Counted from the first letter of the whole stretch, positions 22,594-36,590 are shown. The stretch: DNA of 63,379 bases, filler included, from Octopus bimaculoides (GCF_001194135.2; 6 parts of 5 records of this genome joined end to end with filler, not necessarily neighbours in it), one strand, 5' to 3'. The notes: generated by a model not told the origin, from the letters alone. Numbers and translations: made by a program.

Positions 22594-24237
22594 GTTAGAG
22601 CATTTTTTTCTCTCTCCTCACCTCCAAAGTAAAATGGCTGTACACTTAAAATACAGGAACACATCATCAGATCTTAATGCTATTATTGTGTTGTGGTTTC
22701 TGAATAAGGCATCTAATTCTGCAAAGTTACCAGCAAGCACAAAAAGTTTTAGTTTGTGGAAAAGAAGGAAGGACTCTACTCCCAAACAGGTAAAAGTGGA
22801 TAGTAGTAATTGTATAGGCATGGCTGTGTGGTTAAGAAGTTTGTTTTTCAACCACGTGGTTTCAAGTTCAGTCCCACTTGTAGTACTTTGAGTAGGTATC
22901 TCTTACTATAGCTCCAGGCTGACCAAAAACGTTCTGAGTGAATCTGAAAGCTAGAAACTCAAAGAAGCTCATTTTGTGTGTATGTGTGTGTATGTAAAAT
23001 CATTATCATTTAACATCCATTGATTTGGGCCTTCTTGTCTTGACATAGTGTGATAGTTGTAATTGAATGTCACTGTCATACAGTTAGCGTTATTTGTTTT
23101 GCATCTTCTATGAAAAATGCTTGGTAATGGGAAATTATTGCTTTACAGGGAAACAAATGAGGGTTGGCAACAAGAAGCCATAGAGATTCTGCCAAAATGA
23201 ATGCTATCTCATCCATACAAGCAGAGAAAAGTTGACATTAAATTGATGATGGTTATGTTGATGGCAGTGGTGGCACTACACAAGAAGTGTAGTGAGATCA
23301 CAGGCAGACTGACATATCTATACACATATGCATGAGTATATTTATACATATAAATAATCAGAAGTTTTGATGATGAGGAAACGATGATAGATGTGTGTGT
23401 GTATCTGCTTTTCTCTGTCTCTCTCGATCCCCCTCACTCGCAATCTCTCTTCTCCTACCTATTTGCATTGACCCCTCGCTTCGTTCACCAGGCCTATAAA
23501 ACTATAGCGTGAGCATCGAACCCCTTCACTCGTTCATAGAACCACTGCCGAATTAATACGACCATAGAAGCATGTACAGATAAGTTCTGTCTTTCTCACC
23601 TGTATTGTACTTTTCTATGTATTTTTTGTCCTGATTCGTAATATCTTAAGTGCTCAAATTCATTTTCAGTAGTCCCTAATGATGTTGTCAAACTCATTCA
23701 TTTATTCAAGTTTTTCAGTTTTAATTTCCTCACATAGTCACCTATCTCTATAATTCTGTCTTAGACTTAGCTGGCCGAAAACCCTTATTTCTCAAAATTC
23801 TATTTATACCATTCAATATTTAATGTGTCTATGTGACAGAAATCCCCAAACCTACCTCTCTATTCTCCCTCATGCTGGCATNNNNNNNNNNNNNNNNNNN
23901 NNNNNNNNNNNNNNNNNNNNNNNNNNNNNNNNNNNNNNNNNNNNNNNNNNNNNNNNNNNNNNNNNNNNNNNNNNNNNNNNNNNNNNNNNNNNNNNNNNNN
24001 NNNNNNNNNNNNNNNNNNNNNNNNNNNNNNNNNNNNNNNNNNNNNNNNNNNNNNNNNNNNNNNNNNNNNNNNNNNNNNNNNNNNNAAGACTCCACGCCAT
24101 TCCCCCCACCCCCACTTAGGGTTTATCTCCTATGTAAGGAAGCAATCATTTGGTGCAAAATACGATAGTGTAGTAGATGCAGGCTGAAGTGATTGCTACT
24201 GATTGTTTATGAATTCTGCAAAATGCGAGCTTTCTTT

Positions 24238-25738
24238 TCAGGTACATGACGCTGCTGTTCCCCGCCCCAGGGTCTCATGGTCCCATACCTCCCACACCCT
24301 CAGGTTTGGCACTCTTAACATCGGCACACTGAAAGGTAGGTCTGGTGAAATTGTTGAGATGATTGAACGGAGACGTGTCGATATCTGCTGCCTCCAAGAA
24401 GTAAGGTGGAGAGGTGGTTCCGCTAGGTTCCTCACAGGCAAAGAACACAGGTACAAGATTTTCTGGGCAGGGAACACAGACGGGGTCAGGGGCGTGGGTA
24501 TATTTCTTGCAGAGAAATGGGTGGATAAGGTAATCGAGGTAGTTAGAGTATCCGATAGAATACTTAAGATTAGATTAGTCCTTCACCATGGGTTAGCAAC
24601 CATTATCTCGGCCTATGCCCCTCAGCCTGGGCTACCCGACGGACAGAAAGACCAATTTTATGACTCCCTCCTGTAGACTACCTCGTCGACGAATGACAGG
24701 GACCTTCTCTTTGTGGCTGGTGACTTCAATGGTCAAGTTGGACAACATTCAGGGGGCTTATATGGCGTACATGGAAGCTATGGTTTTGGTTCCCGCAACG
24801 AGGAGGGAACCAGGCTGCTGGAGTTCTGTGATGCAAATGACCTTATGGTCTACAATACTAACTTCAGGAAGCCTGCCAGTCACCTAGTCACCTACCATTC
24901 TGGCAGACACACTAGCCAAATTGACTACATCCTCGCCAGGAAAAGGGAAAGATGGCTGCTTATAAATGCCAAAACCTTCCCAGGCAAAGAATGTACCCCA
25001 CAACATAGACTAGTAGTTAGTGACTTCAGGATCAGGGCTAAGTGGTTGCCTAGAAGACGACCAGCTTGGAGAAGAAGGGTCTAGAAGCTCAAAGATCCTG
25101 CGAATGGACAGAGATTTAGAGACTTATTACTCGGAGCCTTCGACAAATTAGAGGGGGATGTAGATTCACACAATGTAGAAGACAACTGGACTTTTCTACG
25201 GGACAACCTGCTGAGGGCCACTGACCAGATCTGTGGATGGTGCAAAGTCCCCTCTCTACCGAAAATAACGTGGTGGTGGAATAATATTGTCGACAGGGCA
25301 ATTAGGGAAAAGAAACAGGACTGGAAGAACAGTGGTAGCAGGGAATTGTATCAGACTGCCAGAAGGAAAGCTAGGCGACAGGTTTATTTAGCCAGAGGGG
25401 AGGCCGATAAGAAAAAGTTTGCCAATGTTCTGTGCTGTGAGGACCAAAGACTTGAGGTATTTCGTGTTGCAAGACAGTGTGTGAGAGAGAATCGTGATGT
25501 CGTGGGTGAGAAATGTGTTCGCATGGATGTTGGTACGCTTGCACTAAACGAGGCTGCAAAGAAAGAGGTTTGGAGACGCCACTACGAAAGATTGCTCCAT
25601 AAAGAGAATGAATGGGAGAAAGAGAGTCTGCCGAATGTCGACCCAACTGAGGGACCAGCTATCCGAGTTGACCGTACCATGGTAGATAAAGCAATTAAGA
25701 GTATGAAGACAGGGAAGGCGCCCAGCCCATCAGGAATC
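24238..25738 (+). mobile_element. RTE-family LINE 5' part (APE endonuclease to pre-RT region), cut at a scaffold end
   Basis: RFGTLNIGTLKGRSGEIVEMIERRRVDICCLQEVRW...SAYAPQ, then AGDFNGQVG...RNEEGTRLLEFC...SQIDYIL...QHRLVV. Positions 25243-25738 closely match 10312-10820. Confidence 0.93.
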
Positions 25739-25838
25739 NNNNNNNNNNNNNNNNNNNNNNNNNNNNNNNNNNNNNNNNNNNNTTAATTAATTAANNNNNN
25801 NNNNNNNNNNNNNNNNNNNNNNNNNNNNNNNNNNNNNN
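25739..25838. other. Artificial scaffold-join spacer
   Basis: 44 N + TTAATTAATTAA (25783-25794) + 44 N = 100 bp. The 12-mer is palindromic with stop codons in all six frames. Confidence 0.95.
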
Positions 25839-26349
25839 TATATATATATATTACACACACACACACACCTATATGTTCTGTATTCGAATATCACCGTAGT
25901 AGTTTTGCTATACCATTTTATGTCTATTGACAAGATAAGATAAAATACATATGAGTAAATAGCAGTCAAAAGTTAGCGGAGGAGATGAAGTCTTTAGCAT
26001 GACTGTCGACTGGATATGTATGAAAAAGAACTAGGAAAGTTACTCGCGAAAGACTAGCGTCCTTATCCAGGAGAATGACTAGCTTCCATTTCATTCTTGT
26101 TAGGCAGCTGAAGCCAAGTCTACGATCTGATAGCATTCTTCCCCCTCCTGGGACCAAAGAGACAGTCTTCGTTTTAAATTTACCAAAATAGATTCAGTGA
26201 AGTGTGTGAATATACATAATTACATGCAAAATTACATGCATACGTATATCTATGTGTGCGTGAGTGCGTGTGCATATATATATATATATTTATGTGTGTA
26301 TATGTATATGTGTGTGCGTGTATATATATATGTATGTATATGCATGTAT

Positions 26350-26387
<38 letters not shown>

Positions 26388-26432
26388 TTACATATATATA
26401 TATACATGTGTATGTATGTATGTATGTATATA

Positions 26433-26477
<45 letters not shown>

Positions 26478-26855
26478 NNNNNNNNNNNNNNNNNNNNNNN
26501 NNNNNNNNNNNNNNNNNNNNNNNNNNNNNNNNNNNNNNNNNNNNNNNNNNNNNNNNNNNNNNNNNNNNNNNNNNNNNNNNNNNNNNNNNNNNNNNNNNNN
26601 NNNNNNNNNNNNNNNNNNNNNNNNNNNNNNNNNNNNNNNNNNNNNNNNNNNNNNNNNNNNNNNNNNNNNNNNNNNNNNNNNNNNNNNNNNNNNNNNNNNN
26701 NNNNNNNNNNNNNNNNNNNNNNNNNNNNNNNNNNNNNNNNNNNNNNNNNNNNNNNNNNNNNNNNNNNNNNNNNNNNNNNNNNNNNNNNNNNNNNNNNNNN
26801 NNNNNNNNNNNNNNNNNNNNNNNNNNNNNNNNNNNNNNNNNNNNNNNNNNNNNNN

Positions 26856-26888
<33 letters not shown>

Positions 26889-26923
26889 TATACACATATT
26901 TATATATATACACACACACACAC

Positions 26924-26958
<35 letters not shown>

Positions 26959-27074
26959 TGTATGTATGTATGTATGCATGTAATCGCGTCTTGTCAAAGG
27001 AAATTACTATGGAGAAAGAATTTTAATAGCATCGTCTGCAACAATAGCAACACGATCATCAACATCATCAAAAC

Positions 27075-27106
27075 AAAAGCAGCAACAACAACAACAACAA
27101 TTATGA

Positions 27107-27148
<42 letters not shown>

Positions 27149-27255
27149 CTACCATCATCAGCAGCAGTAGCAGCAACAAAAGCAACGGTAGCAACATCTA
27201 CATTTAAAATAACAACAGTAGCTAGAACAGCAACAACAACAACAACAACAACAAC
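27075..27255. repeat. Compound (AAC/GAC/CAG)n microsatellite
   Basis: Directly visible. Confidence 0.9.
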
Positions 27256-27905
27256 GAGTGTAGCAATTGTTACTAATTAGTTTGAGATTACCGAAATACC
27301 ACCGTTAGATGGCACTGTTGTCAGCCGGAAATGGAAATTTAACTAGAAAATAATTGTTCGAATATTCTGGAGACATTGTCTGTAATGAGAATTCTAAATT
27401 TTTATCTCGTATTAACATTTTTAAGCCTTGATACAAATAACACGTTTTTTTTAAATTTCTTTTTTTCAGCTTCTAACGTTAAAGAACAAATTTAGCTGAC
27501 TCGACCTCAATATATTACTGGTTGTTGTTTAGTACTATGTCATCCTAACTGAACTATGAGAGTTATGATCAAGAGTATTCCAGTCGTGACTACTCCCGCT
27601 TATTTTTCAGACATGGTGTATCTTGGACTACATTTAGACATTGTGTCTATTTCCGTCTGAAGACCAAAATGTTTGATTTAATACCGATTCAATTCGACTA
27701 TTATTTATAGTAGGTTGAGCGAGCACTTTCATGTGTCCGTCCTTGGCTTAAATCCGTCATGGATAACCTGCGGCCCACGAGACTTTCTGAATGGCATATC
27801 TAACGAAAATTTATCTCAAATTTTTTAATAGTGCTGTCCTCTTGATGGTAAGCGAATTCTCAAAAAAAGTTTGTTTTGTTTTAACGCTCGACGTCTTATG
27901 GGGGA

Positions 27906-27975
<70 letters not shown>

Positions 27976-28194
27976 TATACAATATATACATGTACATATA
28001 TGATTACATGGAATATATTATATATCTATATATAGGAATAAGTTTTAGCAAAAATTGATTTAGTTTAATGCTTAAAAATAATGGGGAGGTTCATAATGTT
28101 TCGGACGCCAATCCTTCACCATAAGAAAAGTATTGAAGAAAAGTAGAGGAAGAGTTTGAAAGAGGAAAAGGGGCTGAGAAGAGAGTGAATGAGA

Positions 28195-28234
<40 letters not shown>

Positions 28235-28387
28235 NNNNNNNNNNNNNNNNNNNNNNNNNNNNNNNNNNNNNNNNNNNNNNNNNNNNNNNNNNNNNNNNNN
28301 NNNNNNNNNNNNNNNNNNNNNNNNNNNNNNNNNNNNNNNNNNNNNNNNNNNNNNNNNNNNNNNNNNNNNNNNNNNNNNNNNNNNNNN

Positions 28388-28453
<66 letters not shown>

Positions 28454-29490
28454 TGATAAAGAAAGAAACAAAGAACGAAAGAACGGATGCTGTACATGGG
28501 CCAGGGTCTAGGGGAAATGCGGTTTTATGACAGAGTGAAGAAGGGAAGAGGGCTGTGTGTACGTGGGTGTCAAGAAGAATATTCGTGTTTTAAGATCGAT
28601 ATAGTTCAATACTATATCATACACGACACACGTATTAGAACGCTATCCGAGTGCATCGTGCAATATACAATAGCCACATATTTCTTGACAAAGACACAGT
28701 AATACTTTTTACCACCAGTTTTCTAACTTTCGCTAATTATTATTAGTGAAAACTTCATCAATACTTACAAAACAGTGTTTAATTCATTCAAAATTGACGA
28801 AATGTGATACCTTTATCATAATCCATCATTTGGTTGCCATGGGATTTGTGTCTTGTAAGTTAATCCATTATAACACACATGGACTGACATTAATACTACA
28901 AATTGGATTGCGAAAATCGAGTGGACATACAGAAGCTTCTTCTCTTGGAATATATTCAGCCAAACAATTTCGTAACAAAGATATATATCACTGTCAGAAA
29001 GCAGAGGTAAAGATCTATAAAATATAAATTAGATTCCTAGACGAACAGGAACCATATTTTTCATGACAAATACGTAGACATAATTTCTATCAGTGTTCCT
29101 CAAACTTTTACGAATGATTGGTAGCGAAAACATCTTCCAATTACTGGCTGTGTGAAAGAACAGCATTAAATTCATTCACGAAGCTACCAAAAGCGACGTA
29201 CAAAAGTCAGGACCAACATTCTATTACAATATGAAGCCGGAGAAGAGAAAAAAAAAATTAATTACCTGAAATCTCATGAAAACACTATTACGGTGTGTCA
29301 TACATCATAAATACTTTCTGCTATTGTCAATACATTGACCTTATCTATGTGCGTCAGTAACCCGAGTTTTGTTTCTTTCGCATAAGAAAGTATTGAATTG
29401 ATCATGTGATTAACTAAGTCGTTGCAGCTAGACAAGGAAAATACTAGCGGCGGACGAACTTCTCGGTTGCAGATAGACCAAGCCTTATAT

Positions 29491-29523
<33 letters not shown>

Positions 29524-30197
29524 NNNNNNNNNNNNNNNNNNNNNNNNNNNNNNNNNNNNNNNNNNNNNNNNNNNNNNNNNNNNNNNNNNNNNNNNNNNNN
29601 NNNNNNNNNNNNNNNNNNNNNNNNNNNNNNNNNNNNNNNNNNNNNNNNNNNNNNNNNNNNNNNNNNNNNNNNNNNNNNNNNNNNNNNNNNNNNNNNNNNN
29701 NNNNNNNNNNNNNNNNNNNNNNNNNNNNNNNNNNNNNNNNNNNNNNNNNNNNNNNNNNNNNNNNNNNNNNNNNNNNNNNNNNNNNNNNNNNNNNNNNNNN
29801 NNNNNNNNNNNNNNNNNNNNNNNNNNNNNNNNNNNNNNNNNNNNNNNNNNNNNNNNNNNNNNNNNNNNNNNNNNNNNNNNNNNNNNNNNNNNNNNNNNNN
29901 NNNNNNNNNNNNNNNNNNNNNNNNNNNNNNNNNNNNNNNNNNNNNNNNNNNNNNNNNNNNNNNNNNNNNNNNNNNNNNNNNNNNNNNNNNNNNNNNNNNN
30001 NNNNNNNNNNNNNNNNNNNNNNNNNNNNNNNNNNNNNNNNNNNNNNNNNNNNNNNNNNNNNNNNNNNNNNNNNNNNNNNNNNNNNNNNNNNNNNNNNNNN
30101 NNNNNNNNNNNNNNNNNNNNNNNNNNNNNNNNNNNNNNNNNNNNNNNNNNNNNNNNNNNNNNNNNNNNNNNNNNNNNNNNNNNNNNNNNNNNNNNNN

Positions 30198-30247
<50 letters not shown>

Positions 30248-30447
30248 TGAAAAAGAGAGAAAGAGGGAAGTGGGAAGAGTGGGAGAAATAAAGAAAGAGG
30301 AAGATATCCTGTGACTGTTGTGATTTGGCTGACGTTGAGATGCTGGTAGAAAATTTAAGTAAAGTGAAATTGGATGGCTTAAAATAGATCCAGCACGGTG
30401 CATAAGTTCAATCTGCATATGTGACACCCAGTATTGATTTCTAGTTA

Positions 30448-30484
<37 letters not shown>

Positions 30485-30759
30485 CATATATTTATTATAT
30501 ATTATATATGTGTATATAAATATATATATATATATTTNNNNNNNNNNNNNNNNNNNNNNNNNNNNNNNNNNNNNNNNNNNNNNNNNNNNNNNNNNNNNNN
30601 NNNNNNNNNNNNNNNNNNNNNNNNNNNNNNNNNNNNNNNNNNNNNNNNNNNNNNNNNNNNNNNNNNNNNNNNNNNNNNNNNNNNNNNNNNNNNNNNNNNN
30701 NNNNNNNNNNNNNNNNNNNNNNNNNNNNNNNNNNNNNNNNNNNNNNNNNNNNNNNNNNN

Positions 30760-30805
<46 letters not shown>

Positions 30806-31121
30806 AGCTCACACACACGCACACACACTCACACATATACATGCACACTCGTACACATACATAACTGTATATATCTGTGTATGTATATGTATGCATACAT
30901 ACATTCATACTTCTTTGTGTGTGTGTGTGTGTGTGTGTATTGGAAAAATAGAGCAAATCCAGAAGGGAAGAACAGGCAATGGAAAGCTTTTGTTTATAGA
31001 GAATACATACATACACACGCACACACACACATACACACACGCACGCACATATCCGCACGTACAAACACACCACATGTTCACACTCTCTCACGCACACACA
31101 TCTACGAGCACACACCTACAG

Positions 31122-31157
<36 letters not shown>

Positions 31158-31334
31158 ACAGATTGGCGAGCATTCACAAATAATGCCATAATGCATACAC
31201 AATTTTATATATAGCCAATATCTGCTTTGAAATATTCAGCATCCCCCGCAAGACCAAACAAAAATTACATACGCGGTAGCATTTCTATTATATATATGTG
31301 TGTGTGTGTGCACGGAAATATGTACATATATATA

Positions 31335-31500
31335 GATACGACGGGTTTCTTTCAGTTTCCGTTTACCAAATCCAGTCAAAAGGTTTTGGTCGGCCCGAGG
31401 CTATAGTAAAAGACACTTGCCGAAGGTGCTATGCAGTGAGACTGAACCCGGAACTATGTGGTTGGTAAGCAAGCTACTTACCACACAGCCAAGCCTGCAC
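31335..31500 (-). mobile_element. tRNA-derived SINE, family B (other copies near 1190-1320 -, 2420-2580 -, 22815-22975 +, 42950-43110 +, 54530-54680 +, 55410-55550 -, 58005-58140 -, 58395-58570 +, 58650-58810 +)
   Basis: Shared consensus GGCTGTGTGGTAAGxAGCTTGCTT...GGTTCAGTCCCACTGC...CTTCTACTATAGCC...GACGGAAACTGAAAGAAGCCCGT. Confidence 0.85.
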
Positions 31501-32580
31501 GTATGTATATTCTTTTATTAATAATGAGCTTTACGCGTTTATTTGTGCATCGTACTCGGACAGCTGTTTCTTATATGAATTATGTGTGCATATAAAATTG
31601 ATGGACCCTAACAAACGCTATCACCTTTAGAGTCCACGCAGAACCTGCTGAATCGTCAGGTCGCCGTCGGCTAAAATGGCAGCCTTTCTCGCCTTTACCT
31701 CGCCGAGGTTGTTTGAGTTGGGGACTGATTTTGGATATCCCGGATGAAGGAAATGATCGCGTACAGAAGTGACAATGATCATCCAATAAGGATATGTACG
31801 TTATACCGGCTTTTCTATGATTAGTGTCATGTTTGCATTTCAGTTAGCCTTTCAGGATTTAATCTACCCATATCTGGCCCTAGTTTTCTACATGTTTCCT
31901 GCTCAAACCGGCCACAGTTACCTTACAAGGTCAAACTAAAAATAGACAACAACATTGAAATCTGAAAGCTACGATACAAGATAATGCATGATTAATTCGA
32001 ACCAAAGTGAATGAATAAGCAATATATTAGACAAAGTATCTTGAATACTAAAAGGTTAAGCGAAGCATGGCAGAAATAATATTTATCTACTCGGCTTTAT
32101 AGTCGGCGGCAGTAGGCCTAACGAGGTGATTGGCGCAGAGGGCAACGTACATTTATGTTGAGTCAAAAGCCGTTATGCAAGGCAATCTCCAGTATACTCA
32201 GAGACGCTTTGTTGTCTTGGTTTGATTTTGCAGCGTAAGATCGAATATGAGTCTAACGTGCGCATAGTACGTTCTCATAATAAAAGATAAAACTTGCACT
32301 GTTCTAGTATTTGCACGGCCAGTAGGGCCGCAGTCTAGTGACCGAGAACATTACTGTGTGATACACGATCCCTATTGATCGGCCTTTTTTTTTTTTTTTC
32401 GATCCCTTTTTCCCTTCCTACGATCCCTTTTGATCGACACCACCCTTTTTTTTTTCTTCCTTCCCCCTCCCCAAAAGAAAAGCTCTACGTTGTATTTGTC
32501 CCATCTTCGTTGAGCCCTGTGTGGCTAATAAAAGAAATGTATCTGCCTACCTGTCTGCCTGCCTGCCTGCCCGCCTATCA

Positions 32581-32653
<73 letters not shown>

Positions 32654-33199
32654 CATAATGCCTTTCCGAAATAAACATACGCTTCGTTGTAATGGTTCCA
32701 AGAACAACATCAATAGCGACAAGATGAAGAATACCCAAGGGCCAGTCCTGCTGTCCCCCCGCAGGACCTACAATTTAGATCTAGCTTATAAGGGTGAAAT
32801 GCTAAGTTAAAGCACATCATTTGCCGATCAAAAAAAAAAAAAAAAAAATTAAAAGTTTTATATCTGCCATATGTTAAAACAGGATTTGCCGAAATGACAG
32901 TGTCCTTGATGACGGAATACAAGGCTAATAAAAGCCGAACTGTTCCTTTGTTTCAAAATAAACAAATAAGTAAATAAAATATAAAATTAAATGAATAAAT
33001 AAAATGAAAATATAAAGTAATTAAGAAAAAAAAGAAAAAAGGAACAGGAGTACAGCGGCAAGGGTAATTAAAGATACAAAGACAATAAAAACGTACAACA
33101 GAATAAAAATAGCTAAAATTCTAGCGTATAAACGTTCTGGCCTGAATCGAAAATAATCTCTTGTATTTTTTTTACTTTTTAGGATTATTTAGTCAATTG

Positions 33200-33218
33200 C
33201 ATATTATTATTATTATTA

Positions 33219-33277
<59 letters not shown>
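33200..33277. repeat. (ATT)n microsatellite running into a gap
   Basis: Directly visible. Confidence 0.95.
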
Positions 33278-33591
33278 NNNNNNNNNNNNNNNNNNNNNNN
33301 NNNNNNNNNNNNNNNNNNNNNNNNNNNNNNNNNNNNNNNNNNNNNNNNNNNNNNNNNNNNNNNNNNNNNNNNNNNNNNNNNNNNNNNNNNNNNNNNNNNN
33401 NNNNNNNNNNNNNNNNNNNNNNNNNNNNNNNNNNNNNNNNNNNNNNNNNNNNNNNNNNNNNNNNNNNNNNNNNNNNNNNNNNNNNNNNNNNNNNNNNNNN
33501 NNNNNNNNNNNNNNCATACCTACCCGTATAATTTATGCCAAATTGTATTACGTTCCAGATTGCTTTACGTAATACGTACATACATACACAC

Positions 33592-33652
<61 letters not shown>

Positions 33653-34059
33653 TACATGTGTGTGTATATATATATATATATGTATATATATTAAAAAAGT
33701 GCGTATGTGTGTGTGCCTATATGTGAGTGTTTATGTGTGAATGCGTATGTGTGCGTATGTGTATACACACACCCACACAACCCCCCCCACTCACACATAT
33801 AATTTCACTAATTACGTTGCGTTTTCCATGCATGTTTCTTTTCTATCATTCATTCATATATGCAGTCATCTCTTTCTTCCTTTCTTTCTTTCCTTCAGGC
33901 ATCTACCAACTATCGCTCCCCCCCTCTCTCTCTCTCTCTCTCTCTCTTTCTGCGTCTCATTCGCTTTTCCTCTGCCCGCCCCCTCCTCCCCATCCGTTCC
34001 CACATTCATCTGCATATCTGTCAATCCGTTGATTGTTCTTCATTACTCCTTTGCCACAA

Positions 34060-34754
34060 TCATCGTCATCACCAGCGTTCGTCAAACGACAACGATGACC
34101 ACCACCACCACCANNNNNNNNNNNNNNNNNNNNNNNNNNNNNNNNNNNNNNNNNNNNNNNNNNNNNNNNNNNNNNNNNNNNNNNNNNNNNNNNNNNNNNN
34201 NNNNNNNNNNNNNNNNNNNNNNNNNNNNNNNNNNNNNNNNNNNNNNNNNNNNNNNNNNNNNNNNNNNNNNNNNNNNNNNNNNNNNNNNNNNNNNNNNNNN
34301 NNNNNNNNNNNNNNNNNNNNNNNNNNNNNNNNNNNNNNNNNNNNNNNNNNNNNNNNNNNNNNNNNNNNNNNNNNNNNNNNNNNNNNNNNNNNNNNNNNNN
34401 NNNNNNNNNNNNNNNNNNNNNNNNNNNNNNNNNNNNNNNNNNNNNNNNNNNNNNNNNNNNNNNNNNNNNNNNNNNNNNNNNNNNNNNNNNNNNNNNNNNN
34501 NNNNNNNNNNNNNNNNNNNNNNNNNNNNNNNNNNNNNNNCACCACCACCACCCCATCATCATCATCGTCATTGGCGTTGTCGTCGTCATCATCATCATCA
34601 TCATCATCATCATCACCGCCATCACCATCACCATCACCATCACCATCATCATCATCATCGTCGTCGTCGTCGTCGTCGTCGTCATCATCGTCATCATCAT
34701 CATCATCATCATCATCATCGTTTTCATCGTCTTCATCGTCATCATCGTCATCCA

Positions 34755-34805
<51 letters not shown>

Positions 34806-34859
34806 TAGTCGTCGTCATCGTCATCATTAACGTCGTCGTCGTCATCATCGTCGTCATCG

Positions 34860-34906
<47 letters not shown>

Positions 34907-34910
34907 TCTC
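34060..34910. repeat. Compound trinucleotide microsatellite (ACC/CAT/CGT)n with an internal gap
   Basis: Directly visible. Confidence 0.95.
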
Positions 34911-35241
34911 TTCTTTCCGCTCCTCGGCTTAATTCTGTTGTTGCCCAGCCAAGACATGTCACCCTTCTTCCGTTTGTGTCTTACATAATTTTCACAACTC
35001 TATTTTCTTTCTTTTCATTCCAGTTATGCTTTTTTCTATTTATTTATTTTGATAATTGTCAATTTCTTTCAAATTTATTTTCTTTTTATAATTCCACTTA
35101 ATTCTTTATTTTTTGGTATATGCGTTTTAATTGCGTACAAGTCTGTCTGTGTGTCTGTGTGCGCGCGTGTATATATATATATGTGTGTGTGTGTGAGTGT
35201 GTGTATGTATATATACATAAACGTATATATACATAAACATA

Positions 35242-35317
<76 letters not shown>

Positions 35318-36255
35318 NNNNNNNNNNNNNNNNNNNNNNNNNNNNNNNNNNNNNNNNNNNNNNNNNNNNNNNNNNNNNNNNNNNNNNNNNNNNNNNNNNN
35401 NNNNNNNNNNNNNNNNNNNNNNNNNNNNNNNNNNNNNNNNNNNNNNNNNNNNNNNNNNNNNNNNNNNNNNNNNNNNNNNNNNNNNNNNNNNNNNNNNNNN
35501 NNNNNNNNNNNNNNNNNNNNNNNNNNNNNNNNNNNNNNNNNNNNNNNNNNNNNNNNNNNNNNNNNNNNNNNNNNNNNNNNNNNNNNNNNNNNNNNNNNNN
35601 NNNNNNNNNNNNNNNNNNNNNNNNNNNNNNNNNNNNNNNNNNNNNNNNNNNNNNNNNNNNNNNNNNNNNNNNNNNNNNNNNNNNNNNNNNNNNNNNNNNN
35701 NNNNNNNNNNNNNNNNNNNNNNNNNNNNNNNNNNNNNNNNNNNNNNNNNNNNNNNNNNNNNNNNNNNNNNNNNNNNNNNNNNNNNNNNNNNNNNNNNNNN
35801 NNNNNNNNNNNNNNNNNNNNNNNNNNNNNNNNNNNNNNNNNNNNNNNNNNNNNNNNNNNNNNNNNNNNNNNNNNNNNNNNNNNNNNNNNNNNNNNNNNNN
35901 NNNNNNNNNNNNNNNNNNNNNNNNNNNNNNNNNNNNNNNNNNNNNNNNNNNNNNNNNNNNNNNNNNNNNNNNNNNNNNNNNNNNNNNNNNNNNNNNNNNN
36001 NNNNNNNNNNNNNNNNNNNNNNNNNNNNNNNNNNNNNNNNNNNNNNNNNNNNNNNNNNNNNNNNNNNNNNNNNNNNNNNNNNNNNNNNNNNNNNNNNNNN
36101 NNNNNNNNNNNNNNNNNNNNNNNNNNNNNNNNNNNNNNNNNNNNNNNNNNNNNNNNNNNNNNNNNNNNNNNNNCAAGAAAAAAATAATAATTAAAAGAAA
36201 GAAAAAAAAAATATAAAGAAAAAGGAAAAATGGGAAAGCGAGGGGAAAAATATTA

Positions 36256-36257
36256 TA

Positions 36258-36328
<71 letters not shown>

Positions 36329-36498
36329 GGTGGTGATGGTGGTGATGATGATGATGATGATGATGATGACAATGATGATTTCGATGATGAAGATGATGAT
36401 GAGGAGGAAAAAGAAGAGGATAAAAGGGAGGACTAGTATGAGGGGATAATGACGAAGATGATGATGACGACGGCGACGAAGACGACGGTGACGATAAA

Positions 36499-36530
<32 letters not shown>

Positions 36531-36590
36531 CGATGATGATGATGATGATGATGATAATGATGGTGATGATGATGTTAAAATGATGATTGT
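36256..36590. repeat. Compound (GAT/GGT/GAC)n microsatellite
   Basis: Directly visible. Confidence 0.95.

Noticed and set aside
23380-23880. Possible solo LTR (CCTATAAAAC TATA-like)
   Set aside because: I could not define TG...CA ends or a TSD, and the region runs into a gap.
25783-25794. Repeated palindrome TTAATTAATTAA as a biological motif (five copies)
   Set aside because: It is always centred in exactly 44+44 N and has stop codons in six frames, so it is an assembly spacer.
25966-26157. Short non-repetitive minus ORF (63 aa)
   Set aside because: No recognisable domain or supported splice sites.
33741-35101. Long poly-His, poly-Ser, poly-Asp and poly-Met ORFs, also at 36230-36449 and 40004-40346
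   Set aside because: These are translations of trinucleotide microsatellites and N gaps, with no splice or domain evidence.
34540-36590. (CAT)n and (GAT)n tracts as a functional inverted repeat
   Set aside because: Complementary microsatellites are expected by chance at this repeat density, and a long gap separates them.
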